Shown here: positions 31,854 to 42,561 of the stretch, piece by piece
Layout of the letters: each line of letters starts with the position of its first letter
How positions within the stretch are numbered: position 1 is the first letter of the stretch
Notes under the pieces: model-generated
What the model saw: only the letters and a program-made list of their open reading frames with translations
Told to the model about the DNA's origin: nothing
Database searches by the model: none
Made by a program: the position numbers and the translations under genes
From: Macrostomum lignano
Taxonomy: Eukaryota
Direction: 5' to 3'
Assembly (NCBI GenBank): GCA_002269645.1
Contig: NIVC01002562.1
Location: 1-42,561 of the forward strand
Length of the DNA: 42,561 bases

Positions 31854-33758
31854 CTAATTCTCAGTCTGGTTGTCAGCGCACTGTTGACGCTGCATTCTGC
31901 TGGGCGTTTCCCTCCGCAGGCGCAACAGGCGGCAGAGGTCCCACCGGAACTGCCGGTTGCCCATACAGTAGATGAGGATGTTCAAGCAGCTGTCCAGCAG
32001 AGTGCCAAACTTGGACAGGCCGACGATCAGCGCGTCCAGCTGACCGTTCAGTACGCGACCGTCGAGCACCTTGCTCAATAGAAGCGGACTCTCCAGTACG
32101 AGGAAGGCGGCGCAGAGCACAATCACGAGCAAGTTGGTTCGGGACGACCGGGATCCGGACTTCGGCGGCGGTTGCTGCTGTTTCTGCTGAAGCGGCTGCA
32201 TACCGTCAACGCTGTTTAGGAAGGGTTGAAAAACAAATAGTGTATTTTTATAGGAAAAACAGTCCCAAATCAAATTCTACCCAACGGAAGTTTCTTGTCC
32301 ACCTCGTCGGTAGTATCATTGCCGACCCACCAAAATTCTCATATCCATCCCACTGAAAGTACCTTGTCCACCTCACTGGAAGAATCATTTCCACCCCACC
32401 GGAAGCATTATGTCCACGACACCGGAAGTATCATGTCCACCCCACCGGAAGTATCATGTCCACTCACCGGAAGTCTCTTGTCCACCCCATCGGAAGTATA
32501 ATGTCCACTTCACCAGAAGTATCATGTACACGCCACTGGAAGTATCATGTCCACGACACCGGAAGTATCATGTCCACGACACCGGAAGTATCATTTCCAC
32601 CCCACCGGAAGTATCTTGTCCACCCCATCGGAAGTACATGTATCATGTCCACTTCACCAGAAGTATCATGTCCACTCCACCGGAAGTATCATGTCTACTC
32701 CACCGGAAGCATCTTGTCCACCCCACCGGAAGTATCATGTCCACCCCACCGGAAGTATCTTGTCCACCCCGCCGGAAATGCCCACCCCAGGACTCACATC
32801 TGCTCACTCGCCGCTGCCGCTTTCATCCGCTTGCCAGTGAGCAGTCGCTGCTTCTCTCGCCGGCGCCGATGAAGCCCGGTCAGGATGCAGACGCTGAAGC
32901 AGCAGACAGCGGCAATGGGGCCTCCGGTCTGGAACAGCAGCAGTCCAGCAATGTTGTAGGCGTTGTTGAAGTGCACGGAGGCGTCCCGGCCCAGCCGGCT
33001 GTTCAACGAGTCCAGACTGAAGCCGCCGTCGTCTCGCTGGCACAGCACGCAGCTGAAGTAGAACAATCTCGGCAGCGAAACAATCAAAGCCGTTGTCATG
33101 ACAACCGACAGCAAGGCGCGCACCCGCCCGGCTCTGCTGAACAGCCTGCGCTCCGGCGGCTGCATTGCCCGGCAGACGGCCTCGTAGCGCAGGGCGGAGA
33201 TCGTCACCACCATCCAGTTGCGTCCGATGTGGGCGGCCGTCTGCAGCACGATTAGGACGTTCACCAGCGAGCACAGGGCGATGCCGCCGAGCAGGCTGGC
33301 TGAGGACAGCCGGCCGGTGAACGCCGAGTACTCCATCGCGTGGTAAAGCAGGAAAAAGGCGTGGAAAACAATCTCCAGCAGTGAGAGCACCTTCAACAGG
33401 TGCACAACCGTCTTCTGAAGGCGGCCTCCGCCGGCGCTGTTGCGTCGCTCCTGTTGGCGCCGGAACACGGCGAAGGACAGCGAGTTGAGGAGGACGCTGA
33501 GCGCGTTGAGAGCGCCGAAGGTGGCAGAGAATGGCAGCAGAGTTTTTGCAACTTGGCAGTTTCGAGCGCTGGCAGCGGTGCAGAACTGCGGGTCGCCAAG
33601 GCAGACCAGCGGGTCCAGCTGCTTGGGACGAACAGCCACGGCTGGCTGATCAGGAGCTCCGTCTGGTTGTTAGCGCAGCCCCCGCCGTCGAGGACACCTT
33701 CAGCGCTGCTGCTGTTGTCGCTAATAGCTGTCTCAGTCAAGCTAGACTCGCAGGACAT
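31854..33758 (-). CDS. Orphan class A (rhodopsin-like) GPCR, peptide-receptor-like, 2 exons, about 439 aa after correcting one 1-bp frameshift
   Basis: Exon 1 33758-32798 and exon 2 32211-31854; a phase-2 GTGAGT/CAG intron joins them in frame. Seven hydrophobic segments. N-terminus has NSS and NQT sequons; TM3 RNWMVVTISALRYEAVC; TM7 DSCLNILIY. Frameshift at the G3 run 33625-33627. Confidence 0.85.
32300..32780. repeat. Degenerate 22-23-bp minisatellite (CCACCCCACCGGAAGTATCATGT) filling the GPCR intron
   Basis: Direct inspection. Confidence 0.92.
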
Positions 33759-34071
33759 TCTGTTTGATCCGGTCTGTCTGCAATAACTGTTGCGAGCTTC
33801 ACGGGCAAGCTGGTCTGGGTAGTTCTGGGGACTGAGTATTGAGAGTTTGGCGGGATCTGGGGGACTGGCTTGAGATATACTGGCTGAGAAGATTGCGCCA
33901 GCCAATCACGTCTGGGCAGTGATGGAGATTGACGGAGCTTTTCATCGGAACTGGTTGATTACTTGACTCATTCTCTGTGCAAAAGGACAAATGCGGAAAT
34001 CAACTGACTCATCGTGGAGGACGGGGGGGGGGCGTCCGACTCGCTCCCCGAAGAGCCCCCGATTCTTTGGA

Positions 34072-34380
34072 CACCAGGACACCAGGACACTAGGACACTA
34101 GGACACTAGGACACTGGGACACTGGGACACTAGGACACTAGGACACTAGGACACTGGGACACTAGGACACTAGGACACTACGAGCTACTAAACTCGTAGG
34201 ACAGTAAGACACTAGTAAATTAGTCAACTAGGACACAAAAACACTAGTAAACTAGTAAACTAAGACACTTAGACACTGGGACACTAGAACGCTAGGACAA
34301 TAGGATACTAAAGCAATAGGACTTTAGTAAAATAGGACACTAGTAAAATAAGACACAAAAACACTAGGACACTAGGACAG
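34072..34380. repeat. 8-bp repeat GGACACT(A/G), decaying rightwards
   Basis: Direct inspection. Confidence 0.9.
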
Positions 34381-34479
34381 TCTTCATCTGACCATCTTGT
34401 TAGGCTTATTGATGTCAGGATGTATTGTATGATGGATCCTGTTAGACGGGGGAGTCACCTGTTAATCTACTGGGTCTTC

Positions 34480-35850
34480 CGTTAAACAGGCGAAGCACCT
34501 GTTATATAGGACAGTCACTGTTAGATAGGACAGTCACCTGTTAGATAGGACAGTCACTGTTAGACAGGGCAGTCACCTGTTAGATACCGGTAGGAGAGTC
34601 ACCTGTTAGAAAGGAAAGTCATCTGTTAGACAGGAGAGTTACCTGTTAGACAGGACAGTCACTGTTAGATAGGATATTCACCTGTTAGACAGGACAGTTA
34701 CCTGTTAGATAGAACAGCTACCTGTTAGACAGGACAGTTACCTGTTAGATAGGAGAGTGACCTGTTAGACAGGACAGTTACCTGTTAGATAGGATAGTTA
34801 CCTGTTAGATAGGACAGTTACCTTTTAGATAGGATAGTTACCTGTTAGACAGGACAGTCAGCTTTTAGACAGGATAGTTACCTGTTAGATAGAACAGCTA
34901 CCTGTTAGACAGGGTAGTTACCTGTTAGACAGGACAGTTACCTGTTAGATAGGACAGTCATCTGTTAGACAGGAGAGTTACCTGTTAGACAGGACAGTCA
35001 CTGTTAGATAGGATATTCACCTGTTAGACAGGACAGTTACCTGTTAGATAGGATAGTTACCTGTTAGATAGGACAGTTACCTTTTAGATAGGATAGTTAC
35101 CTGTTAGACAGGACAGTCAGCTTTTAGACAGGATAGTTACCTGTTAGATAGAACAGCTACCTGTTAGACAGGACAGTTACCTGTTAGATAGGAGAGTGAC
35201 CTGTTAGACAGGATAGTTACCTGTTAGATAGAACAGCTACCTGTTAGACAGGACAGTTACCTGTTAGATAGGAGAGTGACCTGTTAGACAGGACAGTTAC
35301 CTGTTAGATAGGATAGTTACCTGTTAGATAGGACAGTTACCTGTTAGATAGGACAGTTACCTGTTAGACAGGACAGTCAGCTTTTAGACAGGATAGTTAC
35401 CTGTTAGATAGAACAGTTACCTGTTAGACAGGGTAGTTACCTGTTAGACAGGACAGTCACCTGTTAGATAGGACAGTCACCTGTTAGACAGGACAGTTAC
35501 CTGTTAGACAGGACAGTCACCTGTTAGACAGGACAGTCACCTGTTAGACAGGATAGTTACCTGTTAGATAGGATAGTTACCTGTTAGATAGGATAGTTAC
35601 CTGTTAGATAGGACAGTTACCTTTTAGATAGGATAGTTACCTGTTAGGCAGAACAGTTACTTGTTAGGCAGGATAGTTACCTGTTAGATAGGACAGTTAC
35701 CTTTTAGATAGGATAGTTACCTGTTAGGCAGAACAGTTACTTGTTAGGCAGGATAGTTACCTGTTAGATAGAACAGTTACCTGTTAGATAGGATAGTTAC
35801 CTGTTAGATAGAATAGTTACCTGTTAGATAGGATAGTTACCTGTTAGACT
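34480..35850. repeat. 20-bp minisatellite ACCTGTTAGA(T/C)AGGA(C/T)AGT(T/C), about 68 units, with higher-order structure
   Basis: Direct inspection; variant GCTTTT unit recurs at 34861, 35120 and 35380. Confidence 0.96.
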
Positions 35851-36295
35851 ACATGGTCTTCTGTACTTGAGTTCAGAATTTAGTAATTAGATCAGAGACA
35901 ACTTAGAGACACATTTCGCACCTAATTTATCAGTAACATGATCGAGCTTAGTTATCCATTCTCCTTATCCGTGCAGCAGCATCTCTAACCATAATTGATG
36001 AAGTTCTAGCTAAGCCTCACCCACGCACTTGACCCAGTCATGTCTGACAGATTTTTATCTTTGAGAAACCGTCTCATTAATGAGCATAACGTCTATTTTC
36101 ATCTGACAATCAGAGTCTGACTTCTTGTCAGAGTGCGCGAGAAGGAGATAAAAATCTTTTTTCGTTCTCCTTCTGACCGAAGTTATGACTGACCTTCAGA
36201 CGACAGCTGACTACTGTGTTTAGGGTAAGCACTCCATGTCCGCGTTTTGTTTAGCCTTCTGCTGTAAGGTTAATGCTGAAGGCTGAAGGGATGCT

Positions 36296-37030
36296 GTAGG
36301 GGATTCTGTGGGGACTACTGTAGAGACTACTGTTAAGATTACTGTAGGGATTACTGTAGTGATTACTGTAGGGACTACTGTAGGGATTACTGTAGGGATT
36401 ACTGTAGGGATTACTGTAGTGATTACTGTAGGGATTACTGTAGTGATTACTGTAGGGACTACTGTAGAGATTACTGTAGGAATTACTGTAGGGATTACTG
36501 TAGGGATTACTGTAGGGATTACTGTAGGGATTACTGTAGGGATTACTGTAGGGATTACTGTAGGAATTACTGTAGGGATTACTGTAGGGATTACTGTAGG
36601 GATTACTGTAGTGATTACTGTAGGGATTACTGTAGGGATTACTGTAGGGATTACTGTAGGGATTACTGTAGGGATTACTGTAGGGATTACTGTAGGGATT
36701 ACTGTAGGGATTACTGTAGGGATTACTGTAGTGATTACTGTAGGGATTACTGTAGGGATTACTGTAGGGATTACTGTAGTGATTACTGTAGGGATTACTG
36801 TAGGGATTACTGTAGGGATTACTGTAGTGATTACTGTAGGGATTACTGTAGGGATTACTGTAGGGATTACTGTAGTGATTACTGAAGGGATTACTGTAGG
36901 GATTACTGTAGGGATTACTGTAGTGATTACTGTAGGGATTACTGTAGTGATTACTGTAGGGATTACTGTAGGGATTACTGTAAGGATTACTGTAGGGGCT
37001 ACTGTAGGGATTACTGTAGAAAAGATACTG
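36296..37030. repeat. 12-bp minisatellite GGGATTACTGTA, about 60 copies
   Basis: Gives the (YSNP)n and (ITVG)n ORFs. Confidence 0.97.
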
Positions 37031-37581
37031 TAGCATTTTCTGAAAAAACTACAGTTTTTTTTTCGCCAGGTATCCTGCTATAAAAGCTGTAGAGGGATTT
37101 GATTATGTAAAAGATGGTTGCTTTAGAAATTCGTTGTACGAGCTGGACGGGGCGGATTTTGCTGAGCTGATGAAGCTACTCAGTAACAATTATATTTGGC
37201 AACTTTATCTGGCTTGAATTTTGACCAACGAACTCAAGTTGAGACAGCCAGAATTCAATGATCGCCACGGGTCTCTGATATCTCAAAAGCAGCTAGCAAT
37301 TGCAGGCATTCAATCCAATAGATTTTAAAGCCTTTCTCAGTCACTGCAAGGCCTGAGCAGGCAGGTCTGGGTAGTCAGTATTTTTCACCTTACGCATGGC
37401 TTCACTGCCATAGGCTAGACAGTGCAGAAATCGCTGGTAGGGGTGGGTACTGTTTATTCACAGAACAATGCTATTGTAAATTCGACTCAGTGTATTATTA
37501 TTCTCTGTCACTGACAGGCATTCTCAGCTCTCCGTTGCTCAGTCTTGCCTGCAGTGCCAGCCTTTTTGGAAATGTTTACGC

Positions 37582-38527
37582 ACTGGGACACTGGGGCACT
37601 AGGACACTAGGACACTGGGACACTAGGACACTAGGACACTAGGACACTGGGACACTAGGACACTAGGACACTGGGACACTAGGACACTGGGACACTAGGA
37701 CACTAGGACACTGGGACACTAGGACACTAGGACACTGGGACACTGGGGCACTAGGACACTAGGACACTAGGACACTGGGGCACTAGGACACTAGGACACT
37801 GGGACACTAGGACACTGGGACACTAGGACACTAGGACACTAGAACAATAGGACACTAGGACACTGGGACACTAGGACACTGGGACACTAGGACACTAGGA
37901 CACTGGGACACTAGGACACTAGGACACTGGGACACTAGGACACTGGGACACTGGGACACTGGGACACTAGGACACTAGGACACTAGGACACTGGGACACT
38001 AGGACACTAGGACACTGGGACACTGGGACACTGGGACACTAGGACACTAGGACACTAGGACACTGGGACACTAGGACACTAGGACACTGGGACACTAGGA
38101 CACTGGGACACTAGGACACTAGGACACTGGGACACTAGGACACTAGGACACTGGGACACTGGGACACTAGGACACTAGGACACTGGGACACTAGGACACT
38201 GGGACACTGGGACACTAGGACACTAGGACACTGGGACACTGGGACACTGGGACACTAGGACACTAGGACACTGGGACACTAGGACACTGGGACACTGGGA
38301 CACTAGGACACTGGGACACTGGGACAGTAGGACACTGGGACACTAGGACACTAGAACAATAGGACACTAGGACACTAGGACGCTAGGACACTAGGACACT
38401 AGGACACTAGGACACTAGGGCACTAGGACACTAGGACACTAGGACACTAGGACACTAGGACACTAGTCACTAGTCACTAGAACACTAGGACACTAGGACA
38501 CTAGGACACTAGGACACTAGGACACTA
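37582..38527. repeat. 8-bp repeat GGACACT(A/G), about 115 copies; same family as 34072-34380
   Basis: Direct inspection. Confidence 0.97.
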
Positions 38528-38664
38528 AGATATGTTTATTTAAAATATGTACACTACTTACGCTTGATAAACTAAGTAGTCTGCTTTGCGTGTGTGAATT
38601 AGAACATATTGCATTTCAATTTTATCTAAAGCTCGTGTACATGTAAATTATAACTGTATTATAC

Positions 38665-38810
38665 AACTATTACTACTATTATTACTATGACAACCCCCTG
38701 GTCCCATTTTCGTGTACACGAGCCCCAAATAAATGCGGAAGCGCACGGAATCGAACTCAGGGTCGCGGCTTGAGAGTCGGACGCGTTCACCGCTGAGCTG
38801 CTCCGCCCCC
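38665..38810 (-). mobile_element. tRNA-derived SINE-like element or tRNA pseudogene
   Basis: Minus-strand head 38807-38734 has an A box (AGCTCAGCGG), a B box (GTTCGATTCC), a partial acceptor stem and a CT-CTC-AA loop, but broken anticodon and T stems. It is followed by a short body and a (TAA/TAG)n A-rich tail. Confidence 0.6.
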
Positions 38811-39105
38811 ATAAGCGCAGTGTATTTTGTGTCAATTTATTTATTGTTGAACCTCAGACGAACAAGAAAGCAAACTGTTCAACAGCTGCTGCTACTAACA
38901 GCAATAACAAATCAGCATTTTCATCCGAAAAATTTACAAGAAAGTTTGCGTATGATTGCCGCTGGAGTCCAAATACAAAGTGCGCTGGTGTTGCCGCTTC
39001 AGCTTCGGTCTGTCAATGCCGGCTGATGCTGACTCTGCTGTTGATAGCAGACTTGGGGCGAGCCTGCTGCTGCAATTGTGATCAAAATTGCGAATGGGAC
39101 GCCAG

Positions 39106-39133
39106 TCTGTCTGTCTGTCTGTCTGTCTGTCTG

Positions 39134-39200
<67 letters not shown>

Positions 39201-39203
39201 GCC

Positions 39204-39244
<41 letters not shown>

Positions 39245-39275
39245 TAGTGTCTCTCTGTCTGTCTGTCTGTCTGCC

Positions 39276-39316
<41 letters not shown>

Positions 39317-39325
39317 TTCTGTCAG
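39106..39325. repeat. (CTGT)n microsatellite
   Basis: Direct inspection. Confidence 0.97.
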
Positions 39326-39555
39326 ATAAAACAGATAGAAATAGCAGATAAAAATTGAAGCAACACACCTTGAAGACAGGGTCTCTTGCTGCTGTTGCTG
39401 CTGCTGCTGCTGCAGCTCCCATGGGTCGCTGACACTGGAGTCGGTCTGCTAGTTTGGTCGCTTTGATCGCGCAGGCCGCGTTTCCAGCGTCTGGCTGACG
39501 ATGGTCATGCAGGTCTTCGATGGCGGCATGCGCGACTGGAATTGGCGGTGCGGAT

Positions 39556-39730
39556 TGTGTCTGTCACTAGCCTGTGTCTGTCACTAGCCTGTGTCTGTCA
39601 CTAGCCTGTGTCTGTCACTAGCCTGTGTCTGTCACTAGCCTGTGTCTGTCTGTCTGTCTGTCTGTCTGCCTGCCTGCCTGTCTGTCTGTCTGTCCTTCTG
39701 TCTGTCTGTCTGTCTGTCTGCCTGCCTGCC

Positions 39731-39770
<40 letters not shown>

Positions 39771-39814
39771 CTTCTGTCTGTCTGTCTGTCTGTCTGTCTG
39801 CCTGCCTGCCTGCC

Positions 39815-39905
<91 letters not shown>

Positions 39906-39915
39906 CGCCTGTCCG
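39556..39915. repeat. 17-bp repeat GTGTCTGTCACTAGCCT (about 5 copies) merging into a (CTGT/CTGC)n microsatellite
   Basis: Direct inspection. Confidence 0.95.
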
Positions 39916-40364
39916 ACTTGCCTCCGTCCGAGTCTCGGTAGCCCCCACCTCATCCTGCTCCCACACTCGATCCAGAGTGTCGAGCCCGCAAGTTCCGGGT
40001 GATCTCAACTGATGAAGTTCCATTGGCAGCTGGGCACTTATTGGCCTAGCCGTTGCCATGGGGACACACTTGAGTCCGGCTGATCGATGGCGAAAGGCAG
40101 ATCCTTTTCGCCGCAAGTAGAGGCACTGCATGCAAGGGAAAGAGTTGTACAGCACTGCAGTGCCAACCAGAATTACAAAATGACATTCTTAATAATTATG
40201 AATTATTGTTTAATTTACTCGCATACCGTACTATCCTTCACGCAAAAGCAGAAATCGACAAAAATGTGAATGGACGCGACAAGGAATCCTCAGAAGACAC
40301 GTTAGAAACAATACATGGATGTAATCATCTTCTCTTTCGCAAAAGGGGTAATGAAGGGAGAGAT

Positions 40365-40636
40365 ACGAAGACAGATACTCATAGAGAGGGAGCGATAGAA
40401 AGGAGAAATAGAGGGAGAGATAGAGAGCGAGAGATAGAGAGGAGAGATAGAGAGGAGAGATAGAAAGGAGAGATAGAGGGGAGAGATAGAGAGGAGAGAT
40501 AGAGAGGGAGCGATAGAAAGGAGAGATGGAGGGGAGAGAAAGAGAGGAGAGATAGAGAGGAGAGATAGAGAGGGAGAGATAGAGAGAGACAGAGAGAGAG
40601 TGGGAGAGATAGAAGGAGAGATAGAGAGAGGAGAGC
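40365..40636. repeat. Purine-rich GA repeat (GAGATAGAGAGG-like)
   Basis: Direct inspection. Confidence 0.92.
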
Positions 40637-40676
40637 TGAAATCCCGCGAGGCAAATGCGGATCCAGCACTCGGCAC

Positions 40677-40812
40677 TGTTGTGTACGAAGCCGAGCGGCT
40701 CAATATTGCGCAAACATAAACTTTGCCCAGAGGGCTGTGCCGCGCTTTAGCCCACGCGTATATTTCTACCATAGATATAAGGTTATAAGGGTACTGAGCC
40801 CAATACCCAACA
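40677..40812 (-). repeat. 3' LTR, 136 bp, with TGTTG...CAACA ends
   Basis: Terminal inverted TG...CA; polypurine tract (minus strand GAATCAAAGGGGAGA, 40813-40827) abuts it. Confidence 0.9.
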
Positions 40813-40848
40813 TCTCCCCTTTGATTCAAAACACAATGGGTCCTTCAG

Positions 40849-42254
40849 TCATATGACTTCATTTGGGGGTTGACCTGAAGCCGAACAGGTTGTCGACGGT
40901 TTCGTACGCGGCCACCTCGTTTGCGCGCTCGGGTTCTCTGGCTTGGCGTGCAACGATGTCGCATCACGATGTCGTGCTTCAGCTGCCAGGACCGGTAGTC
41001 TTCTTCTGAGCAATCTCCGATTTCTTCTCAGCACTCTACCGCTTGCCAGTTTGACCAGGAAGTCGTTGTTTTTCATCGCTTCGACGATCACACCGTATCG
41101 GTCCCACTTCTTGGTCTGGATGTCTTGCACTGCAACTCTGTCTCGCACTTTCAGTCTTGGTAGTTGATGGGCTGCTTGGTTATAATAGGCTTCCACCCTC
41201 TCGCGCTTCTCAGCAGCTTTTCTGTCTATCTCTTCTGCCCTAGCCGTCCACTCCTCCGCAAAGGCTCTCCTGTGAGCGGGCAAGGTGTCGCGTACTGGGT
41301 GACCGAACACCAGCTGTGCTGGAGACCTGCCGTCATGCCGGGCTGTGTTGCAGTACATCAGCATTCCCTGACTCAGGTCCGTCCCAGTTGGCTCCCGTGC
41401 GTTGTGATCCCAGCTACCGCGCACCAACTTCTTCATTGCCTTCACAGCAGCCTCTGCACGACCATTGCTCTGCGCATACATGGGGGACGATCTCCTGGCT
41501 TCGACGTTCCATCGACTCAGGAATCAAGAAATGCTCTTGCTGTAAACTGTGGTCCATTGTCAGACCATAACACTTCTGGGGCTCCCTTCTCACAGAATCG
41601 CTTCCTCAAGGCGCTTGATGAGCTTGTGCGTCGTCGCGCTTGCCCAAAGTGGTCCAAAGTCGGCCAGCCAGACTTTCCATCCACACATGACCAGGAATGT
41701 CTTCCCAGCGAACTGAAACAAGTCGACGTGGAGCTCCTGAAACACCCTATCCGGTTCCTGTCGAACAGACAGAGGTTCCTTCGACTGACTTGTAAGTTAT
41801 CCTGACATGCTTTGCATCTTCGCGACGCCATTTCAATGTCGTTGTCAATACCTGGCCAGTAGAATGCCGTTCTGGCTCGCTGCTTCATCTTCACAATCCC
41901 TTGATGCATCTTTGAGCATCTTGGTCAGCACCTCAGCTCGCATTTCTTTGGGGATTAGCAGCCGAGCTCCAACGACAATCATGTCGCGCTCCACGGCCAG
42001 CTTGTCACGGACACTCCAGAACGCGCGCACGGAGTTCGGCAGGTTTCCTTTCGCATTCGGAAAGCCTTGTTGAATTATTCTCTTCAGCGTCTGGTACTCC
42101 TCGTCGGTGCTCGCCCTTCGGATCAGTTCCGCCTCTGGTGTACGAATCTCGTCGATCGCCATGACAATATTGATCTCGTGTTCTTCTGCTATTTCGTCGT
42201 CCTTGCTTGCAGGCTCCACAGGCGCTCTTGACAGAGCATCTGCCTCTTTGTGGT
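40849..42254 (-). pseudogene. Frameshifted pol remnant: RNase H C-terminus, integrase HHCC zinc finger, DDE core and C-terminal domain
   Basis: Pieces in ORFs 41845-42291, 41517-41909 and 40849-41481, with several frameshifts between them. Confidence 0.88.
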
Positions 42255-42275
42255 CTGAGAAGCGCGAGAGGGTGG

Positions 42276-42423
42276 TACTTCTTTTTCTCATCCTCGTTGT
42301 CCAGACTGTTGAGTCCTGAGAGCTCCTCGAAGGCCTCCCACATTAGCTTCCACTGTGGGTATAGCTCCTTCTGTGACTCGATGTCGAAGTGTGGCGCACT
42401 TCGGACGTCGATCTTGGTGCCAT
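42276..42423 (-). pseudogene. Gag N-terminal stub (MAP-IDVRSAPHFDIESQKELYPQWKLMWEAFEELSGL...EKKKY)
   Basis: ATG at 42423, about 40 nt after the LTR end; P-FD...W..W...FE...GL pattern resembles gypsy Gag; 1-bp frameshift just after the start. Confidence 0.7.
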
Positions 42424-42446
42424 CTTGCACTTTTGGGCTTTTCACT

Positions 42447-42464
42447 TGGCTGCTTGCGACGCCA
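42447..42464 (-). promoter_or_regulatory. Primer-binding site TGGCGTCGCAAGCAGCCA
   Basis: Starts with TGG and directly abuts the 5' LTR; a G discriminator base would fit tRNA-Ser (inference). Confidence 0.75.
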
Positions 42465-42561
42465 TGTTGTGTACGAAGCCGAGCGCTCAATATCGCGCAA
42501 ACATAAACTTTGCCAGCCAGAGGTGTGCCGCGCTTTAGCCCACGCGTATATTTCTACCATA
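42465..42561 (-). repeat. 5' LTR (partial, runs off the window)
   Basis: About 97 bp align with 40677-40773, with a few indels and at least one transition. Confidence 0.9.

Larger units (their letters stand above)
40677..42561 (-). mobile_element. Internally deleted Ty3/gypsy LTR retrotransposon: 5' LTR (truncated by the window edge), PBS, gag stub, RNase H end plus integrase, PPT, 3' LTR
   Basis: Two LTR copies start TGTTGTGTACG (40677, 42465). Motifs ADALSR, HQG...YWPG...C..CQ, SDNGPQF and QSNGRAEAAVK. Only 1652 bp lie between the LTRs. Confidence 0.93.

Noticed and set aside
9929-32797. General avoidance of AG on the sense strand of intronic repeats
   Set aside because: It holds for SLC22 intron 1 and PPCS intron 1 but not for the other repeat-filled introns.
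36251-37036. (YSNP)n 261-aa ORF as a CTD-like or structural protein
   Set aside because: It coincides with a 12-bp array, the opposite strand is also open, and unit variants are amino-acid-changing rather than synonymous.
38734-38807. Functional tRNA-Glu(CTC) gene
   Set aside because: Anticodon and T stems do not pair, and position 8 is C; treated as a SINE or pseudogene.
1463-40012. Long ORFs made of SVCL, TDRQ, LSIY, HPPHSLT, YQHTWNS, CEFCGLL and similar repeats
   Set aside because: They are translations of stop-free micro- and minisatellites, often open in several frames and on both strands.
40943-42506. Plus-strand ORFs over the retroelement
   Set aside because: Antisense shadows of pol and gag with no independent features.

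Overview
This is eukaryotic genomic DNA, with no sign of a prokaryotic operon or CRISPR array. GC-rich exons with poly-Q/A/G tracts sit among many unrelated minisatellites, a style resembling the flatworm Macrostomum (inference only). Supported genes: two tandem intronless Pi-like glutathione S-transferases (+), a 5-exon SLC22 transporter (-) with an apparent GC-AG intron, a mitochondrial-type thioredoxin (-), a 3-exon phosphopantothenate-cysteine ligase PPCS (+), a 2-exon orphan class A GPCR (-), and a frameshifted low-complexity exon near the start. Mobile DNA: an internally deleted Ty3/gypsy LTR element at the right end, a hAT-type MITE with a perfect 8-bp TSD, a tRNA-derived SINE-like copy and small foldback elements. 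Most notable observations: (1) a 62-bp 28S rRNA fragment upstream of PPCS in which the R2/I-PpoI target site is replaced; (2) patchwork gene conversion between the GSTs that spares the substrate-binding helix; (3) a CpG-depleted, CTAG/TAGGCCTA-rich domain at about 19.2-23.3 kb; (4) a 21-bp inverted templated filler at the LTR deletion junction; (5) many minisatellite periods close to multiples of 10.5 bp. Recurrent 1-bp homopolymer deletions in otherwise intact genes suggest assembly indel errors. All counts and alignments were done by eye; no database searches were run.
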